This document shows positions 40,175-44,983 of a stretch of 44,983 nt of DNA, one piece after another. The stretch is from an uncultured Bacteroidota bacterium (GTDB lineage Bacteria; Bacteroidota; Bacteroidia; Chitinophagales; Chitinophagaceae), in contig CAJBLA010000197.1 of assembly GCA_903953815.1 (NCBI GenBank), forward strand, positions 1 to 44,983, written 5' to 3'. Made by a program: the position numbers and the translations under genes. Position 1 is the first letter of the stretch. Each line of letters begins with the position of its first letter. The notes below the pieces were generated by a model. That model was given only the letters and a program-made list of their open reading frames with translations, ran no database searches and was not told the DNA's origin.

Positions 40175-41029
40175 TTATAGTTGGTAAAATAAAGTGGCAT
40201 TTTTAAAATACACTTTCTCTTGATCTATTACAGGTAAACAATTTTCAATAACTTCTCGGTAGGCATTGATGGATTTAACAAACCCGCCCGCCAATAATGA
40301 AACAGGCCAATCACCCCCACAAAAACAACGGTCAGTGCCAAACTGGTCCAGCGCATACTCAATACTAGCTTGAATATCAGCGGATGTCCAAGTTTCAAAT
40401 TTGCCCGTAGCTAAAGCTAACCCTGAAATTTTTGCATATATATTTTTATGCGCTGCCGCCATCTTCATATTGGTGCGCCAGGTGTCCATTTGTGATTGGT
40501 CGGGAATTGGTGGATTATTCAAATGATCCAATACTAAATTTAAACTAGGGATTTTTTCAGCAATGGTGATTGCCGCTTTTAAATGCGCTTCCTTCACGCC
40601 CACAATATCATAGGTGATATGATGGTGTGCTAAAATTTTCAAGCTTTCAATCACCTTATCTTGCAACAACCAATGATCATTGGCTTCGTTATGAATTAAG
40701 TGCCTGATGCCTTTTATATAAGGCTGGGTGGCTTTCCAATTTTCAATAAGTGTTTGGGTTTTTGATGGGTCTTCTAAGGGCACCCAACCCACAACGCCTT
40801 GGATCCAATCATTATGCGCTGCAGCGCTTAACATTAATTCAGTATCGGCTAGATTATTTGCAGCTTGCACTAAAACGGCACTCGTCACATTGACCTTTGA
40901 TAATTGCGGATATAATTCGTCAGGTAGATAATTGCGGGCTAAAATGGAGGTGTCTCCTTGCAACCAACTATAATGAACTTTGATCAAGTCCCAAATATGT
41001 ACATGGGTATCAATAATGGGTATCGACAT
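40175..41029 (-). CDS. Amidohydrolase_2 family protein (sugar lactonase-like)
   Basis: IDTHVHIW, AVLVQA, GIRH, VLDH, KISG and DWPV motifs. Confidence 0.88.
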   Translation of the reverse strand: MSIPIIDTHVHIWDLIKVHYSWLQGDTSILARNYLPDELYPQLSKVNVTSAVLVQAANNLADTELMLSAAAHNDWIQGVVGWVPLEDPSKTQTLIENWKATQPYIKGIRHLIHNEANDHWLLQDKVIESLKILAHHHITYDIVGVKEAHLKAAITIAEKIPSLNLVLDHLNNPPIPDQSQMDTWRTNMKMAAAHKNIYAKISGLALATGKFETWTSADIQASIEYALDQFGTDRCFCGGDWPVSLLAGGFVKSINAYREVIENCLPVIDQEKVYFKNATLFYQL

Positions 41030-41071
41030 AATTAAAATAAATTTATATCGCTGAAATTCAAGTGCACACTA

Positions 41072-41953
41072 CTAATTTAAACTTGGATCAAAATCACCTT
41101 CATCCAAAGTTGACTCATCTACTGCTTCATCCTTGAATGCTTCTAAATTAGGGGTTTCATAAGAATCAAAGGTATCAACATGTCCAGGTTCTAAATCTTC
41201 TTCGCGATTTTCATTCCATTCAATAATGAAATTATTACGTCCTTCCCCCACTAGTAACTTCATATATTTTTGTTGCGCTAATTCAAGGATAGATAAGAAA
41301 AAGAACAAGGCTTGAACACGGTCCTGACAAACATCAAATACTTTTTCAAAAGCGACTGTCTTCCCTTCTTGCACTGTTTTCAATAAATACTCCCTACTAC
41401 TTTCCATCGTATAGTTATACCTAACAACAGTATGTACAGGACGATTTTGTCTTTCTTGCAAACGGGTCATTACTTTTTCAAATGACTTCATCAATTTAAA
41501 TAAAGTAACTGTTTGCAACTCGGTTCCTTCTGCAGCTTCCTCCCCTACAATAGACATTTCTTGTTTGATATTTCCGCGCTTCATCATCAACATCCTTAGG
41601 GATTCCAAATCAGCCATTTGCACTGCTGCTTCCTTATATTTTTTGTATTCAAGGATTTTGTCAATCAATTCTTGTCTTGGATCAATTTCATTCCCTGAAG
41701 CATCTAACTCCTTTCTTGGTAATAATAATTTTGCCTTAATACGCATTAAGGTAGAAACGAACAAAATGAACTCGCTACTTAATTCGATATTCAACTTTTC
41801 CTCTTGATGGATAAAGTCCAAAAAATCATTGATAATTTTAGTGATTTGGATATTATAGATATCCATTTCGTCACGCTCAATAAAAAAAAGCAATAAGTCA
41901 AATGGCCCCTCAAATTGGTCCACTTTGATCGAATAATTAGTATGCTGGCTCAT
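41072..41953 (-). CDS. scpA: Segregation and condensation protein A
   Basis: FEGPFDLLL.FI, IKAKLLLP, DPR.EL...LEYK.YK and FLSILEL motifs. Confidence 0.95.
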   Translation of the reverse strand: MSQHTNYSIKVDQFEGPFDLLLFFIERDEMDIYNIQITKIINDFLDFIHQEEKLNIELSSEFILFVSTLMRIKAKLLLPRKELDASGNEIDPRQELIDKILEYKKYKEAAVQMADLESLRMLMMKRGNIKQEMSIVGEEAAEGTELQTVTLFKLMKSFEKVMTRLQERQNRPVHTVVRYNYTMESSREYLLKTVQEGKTVAFEKVFDVCQDRVQALFFFLSILELAQQKYMKLLVGEGRNNFIIEWNENREEDLEPGHVDTFDSYETPNLEAFKDEAVDESTLDEGDFDPSLN

Positions 41954-42053
41954 ACCTACAAAGAAAAGGAATCGTCATTAAATTAGCGTTAATTGATAGA
42001 TTATTTATCCACTTTTAATCAAATTATTAGCATCTTTGCCCAAATTTTACTTC

Positions 42054-42944
42054 ATGAACAAAAAGTTGATCAATTGGGGCATTTTTATACTACTTTCTGT
42101 TATTTGGGGAAGCTCCTTTTTATTGATGAAGATTGGAATGCAAGCCGGTACCGTGCAATTGAGTCCCTACCAAGTTGCATCATTAAGGATGGTATTTTCA
42201 GGTATTGTATTACTCCCTTTCGCTTTTAAAGCACTACAACAAATCCCTAAAAATAAATTAGGGCTCGTTATTTTATCTGGCATTATTGGCAATTTTATCC
42301 CTGCCTATTTATTTTGTATTGCAGAAACAAAAATTGATAGCGCTTTGGCTGGCATACTCAACTCACTCACCCCATTATTCACCATTATCGTAGGAATGGT
42401 TGTTTTTAAAATCAGTATTGACCCAAAGAAAATGGGTGGCATATTATTGGGATTAGTTGGATTATGTATTTCGGTGGTGGCCGGAAAAACGCTACACTTT
42501 GAAAACATTTCCTTTAGTATTTTTATCATCCTAGCTACTATTTGCTATGGCTTCAATGTGAATATGGTAGGTAAGCATATGCAAAATATTAGTGCAATCA
42601 ATATTGCTTCACTTGCATTTTCATTTTCTATTATACCAGGCATGGTCATTTTATATACGACAGGTTATTTTAGTAATGATTTCACTAACCCTGCTTTATT
42701 AAATGCAACTTTAGCAAGTGGTACCTTGGGCGTAATCAATACCTCCATTGCCTCTATATTATTTTATGTTTTAGTGAAACGTGCAGGTATTTTATTTGCA
42801 TCAACAGTGACCTATGCAATTCCATTTGTTTCCTTAGCCATGGGTTTGTTATACAATGAAGCAATACATCCAATGCGCCTATTGGGCCTAGCTATTATAC
42901 TTTGTGGCGTTTATATTGTAAATAAAAGAAGTACAGCCAAATAG
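42054..42944 (+). CDS. DMT/EamA family transporter (start moved to MNKKLI)
   Basis: IWGSSF, AET.I.S.LAGILNS.TPLF; about 10 TM segments in two repeats. Confidence 0.92.
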   Translation: MNKKLINWGIFILLSVIWGSSFLLMKIGMQAGTVQLSPYQVASLRMVFSGIVLLPFAFKALQQIPKNKLGLVILSGIIGNFIPAYLFCIAETKIDSALAGILNSLTPLFTIIVGMVVFKISIDPKKMGGILLGLVGLCISVVAGKTLHFENISFSIFIILATICYGFNVNMVGKHMQNISAINIASLAFSFSIIPGMVILYTTGYFSNDFTNPALLNATLASGTLGVINTSIASILFYVLVKRAGILFASTVTYAIPFVSLAMGLLYNEAIHPMRLLGLAIILCGVYIVNKRSTAK

Positions 42945-42945
42945 C

Positions 42946-43509
42946 TTATACGGTCATCATTTCTTTTTCCTTGGCTTCCAAATGTTTTTCAACCAAAGCA
43001 ATATACTTATCTGTCAATGATTGAATGGTATCTTCCGCGCCTTTACAAATATCTTCACTCATACCGTCCTTTTGTAATTTTTTTACTTGTTCAATATGAT
43101 CTCTTCTAATATTGCGAATAGCTACTTTACTTACTTCGCCTTCACCACTTGCCTTTTTAAATAATTCCTTTCTACGCTCTTCTGTAAGTGGCGGCATAAA
43201 TAAACGAATATTGATACCATCATTTTGTGGCGTAATTCCAATATTAGCCGCCATAATTGACCTTTCAATTAAAGGCAACATGTTTTTTTCCCAAGGTTGA
43301 ATACTGATGGTTCTGGAGTCCAACACCTGCACATTCGCAACTTGACTAATCGGTGTAGGTGTGCCATAATAGTCAACATTAATTCCTTCTAAAATGGAAG
43401 GTGTTGCCTTTCCAGCCCTAATCTTAGTTAATTCAATTTCTAAGTGATTAATGGCCTTTTTCATAGCCAATTCCGCTTCCCCACTAATTTTTTGTAATTC
43501 GTCCGACAT
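42946..43509 (-). CDS. frr: Ribosome recycling factor (start moved to MSDELQ)
   Basis: IRAGKA, VDYYG, QPWEK, PPLTEERRKEL and AIRNIRRD motifs; -7 element TAGCTTTG at 43530-43537. Confidence 0.98.
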   Translation of the reverse strand: MSDELQKISGEAELAMKKAINHLEIELTKIRAGKATPSILEGINVDYYGTPTPISQVANVQVLDSRTISIQPWEKNMLPLIERSIMAANIGITPQNDGINIRLFMPPLTEERRKELFKKASGEGEVSKVAIRNIRRDHIEQVKKLQKDGMSEDICKGAEDTIQSLTDKYIALVEKHLEAKEKEMMTV

Positions 43510-43642
43510 ATTAGAATGATTTGAGTAAACAAAGCTACGCAAATCATCGTATTGTTCATCCCCCTTTTTAAGCATTTTTTAAAAGTTTTCGCCAACATTT
43601 AGGGGATGAATTCTATCTTTGTGCCCTACTGATACAAATATT

Positions 43643-44482
43643 ATGGCAACTACCGATTTAACAAAAATTGCATCTCAAATTAGAAGAGATATCGTAAGAA
43701 TGGTTCATGCACAACAAAGCGGCCACCCAGGTGGTTCTTTAGGTTGTACTGATTTTTTAACTGCCTTGTATTTTAAGGTGTTGAAACATGATAGTAGTTT
43801 TTCAATGGATGGGAAAGGAGAGGATCTTTTCTTTTTATCCAATGGTCATATTTCACCCGTTTTTTATTCTGTACTTGCAAGATCTGGTTATTTTGATGTA
43901 AAAGAATTAGCTACTTTCAGAAAAATAAATTCTCGTTTACAAGGTCATCCAACTACGCATGAGCATTTACCAGGTATTCGTATTGCGAGTGGATCTTTAG
44001 GACAAGGCATGAGTGTTGCCATTGGTGCAGCATTATCTAAAAAATATAACAATGATAATCGCACTGTTTATTGTTTACATGGCGATGGCGAATTACAAGA
44101 AGGACAAATTTGGGAATCGATCATGTTTGCTGCGCATAATAAAGTAGATAATTTAATTGCAACTGTAGATGTGAATGGCCAACAAATTGATGGCCCATTA
44201 AGTAAAGTATTATCACTAGATAGTTTAGAAGATAAATTCAAAGCATTTAATTGGACCGTATTACATATGGACGGTCATAATATGGAAGAAATTGTTGCCA
44301 CTTTAGATAAAGCGAAAGCTTTAACTGGACAAGGCAAGCCAATTTGCATATTAATGAAAACTGAAATGGGTAAGGGTGTTGACTTTATGGAAGGCAGCCA
44401 TGAATGGCATGGTATTGCGCCTAACGATGAGCAACTTGCAAAAGCATTAGGTCAATTAGAAGAAACCTTGGGCGATTATTGA
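43643..44482 (+). CDS. Transketolase N-terminal (TPP-binding) subunit (start moved to MATTDL)
   Basis: SGHPGGSLG, LSNGH, LQGHP, GSLGQG and GDGELQEG motifs; -7 element TATCTTTG at 43614-43621. Confidence 0.94.
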   Translation: MATTDLTKIASQIRRDIVRMVHAQQSGHPGGSLGCTDFLTALYFKVLKHDSSFSMDGKGEDLFFLSNGHISPVFYSVLARSGYFDVKELATFRKINSRLQGHPTTHEHLPGIRIASGSLGQGMSVAIGAALSKKYNNDNRTVYCLHGDGELQEGQIWESIMFAAHNKVDNLIATVDVNGQQIDGPLSKVLSLDSLEDKFKAFNWTVLHMDGHNMEEIVATLDKAKALTGQGKPICILMKTEMGKGVDFMEGSHEWHGIAPNDEQLAKALGQLEETLGDY

Positions 44483-44493
44483 TTTTATTGGGA

Positions 44494-44640
44494 GATTTTT
44501 ATAAAATATAAAATCGCTATTAAATCCTCTTTTATATTCTTTTTACTTCCTACCATCACTATATCTCATTAATGAGATATAGTGTCAGTTGTAAGCGATT
44601 TTTATAAAATATAAAATTGCTATTAAATCCTTTTTTATAT
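44494..44640. repeat. 44-bp direct repeat pair (44494-44537 and 44597-44640; 42/44 identical) flanking a perfect 28-bp palindrome (44557-44584)
   Basis: GATTTTTATAAAATATAAAATYGCTATTAAATCCTYTTTTATAT twice; CACTATATCTCATTAATGAGATATAGTG between them. Confidence 0.92.
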
Positions 44641-44983
44641 CTTTTCTTGAAAGGAGTCTGCTGCGCGTTTGGCAGGAATCCAACCTGCTAGTATTGAAAT
44701 AAATAATACCAAACTAATAATGGCGATATAATCAATCAACATTGGTTTTACTGGATAGTAGTCAATGACAAATGAATTGCCTTCCAATTTAATTAAGTGG
44801 TATTTTAATTGTAGCCAACAAAATAAACTGGACAACAGTCCTCCGATAAGCGCGCCAATGAAAGCCATGATTCCGGACAAGAGTAAAAATATTTTTTGAA
44901 TATCCCAGGACTGCGCCCCCATTGCCTGCAATACATGAATGTCTTTTTGCTTTTCTAAAACCAACATAGTTAATGCCCCGACT
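44635..44983 (-). CDS. LolC/LolE (FtsX-like) ABC permease, C-terminal part only; truncated by the window edge
   Basis: Frame open to the edge (VGALTMLVLEK..DI..L.AMGA...I.KIF); YYPV and PA.RAA motifs. Confidence 0.88.
   Translation of the reverse strand, partial: VGALTMLVLEKQKDIHVLQAMGAQSWDIQKIFLLLSGIMAFIGALIGGLLSSLFCWLQLKYHLIKLEGNSFVIDYYPVKPMLIDYIAIISLVLFISILAGWIPAKRAADSFQEKI

Noticed and set aside
44494-44640. Mini CRISPR array
   Set aside because: Only two repeats, a 59-nt palindromic spacer and no cas genes

Overview
AT-rich, gene-dense chromosomal segment from a Bacteroidota bacterium. Protein style and TAnnTTTG promoters suggest Chitinophagaceae; this is inferred, not searched. It is mostly housekeeping: tRNA-Met, pth, rplY, prs, folD, queE, dprA, guaB, glyA, uvrA, dsbD, purQ, metG, class II RNR (nrdJ), GGGP synthase, dxs, scpA, frr and a split transketolase. 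It also carries a hicAB toxin-antitoxin pair, a GMC oxidoreductase pair and a LytS/LytTR two-component system. I saw no CRISPR array, IS or prophage genes. The left edge looks like an integrase attachment site at the tRNA-Met 3' end. The most unusual signal is non-coding: a modular motif family recurs right after stop codons of unrelated genes. It has (A) hairpins with different stems but the same 10-nt loop TATAAAATAT and (B) a 16-nt box TCCTCTWATGATTTTA immediately before intrinsic terminators. Also notable are several apparently leaderless genes, including a 26-bp bidirectional promoter, and DnaA-box-like sites before nucleotide-supply and repair genes. All calls come from reading the sequence; no searches were run.
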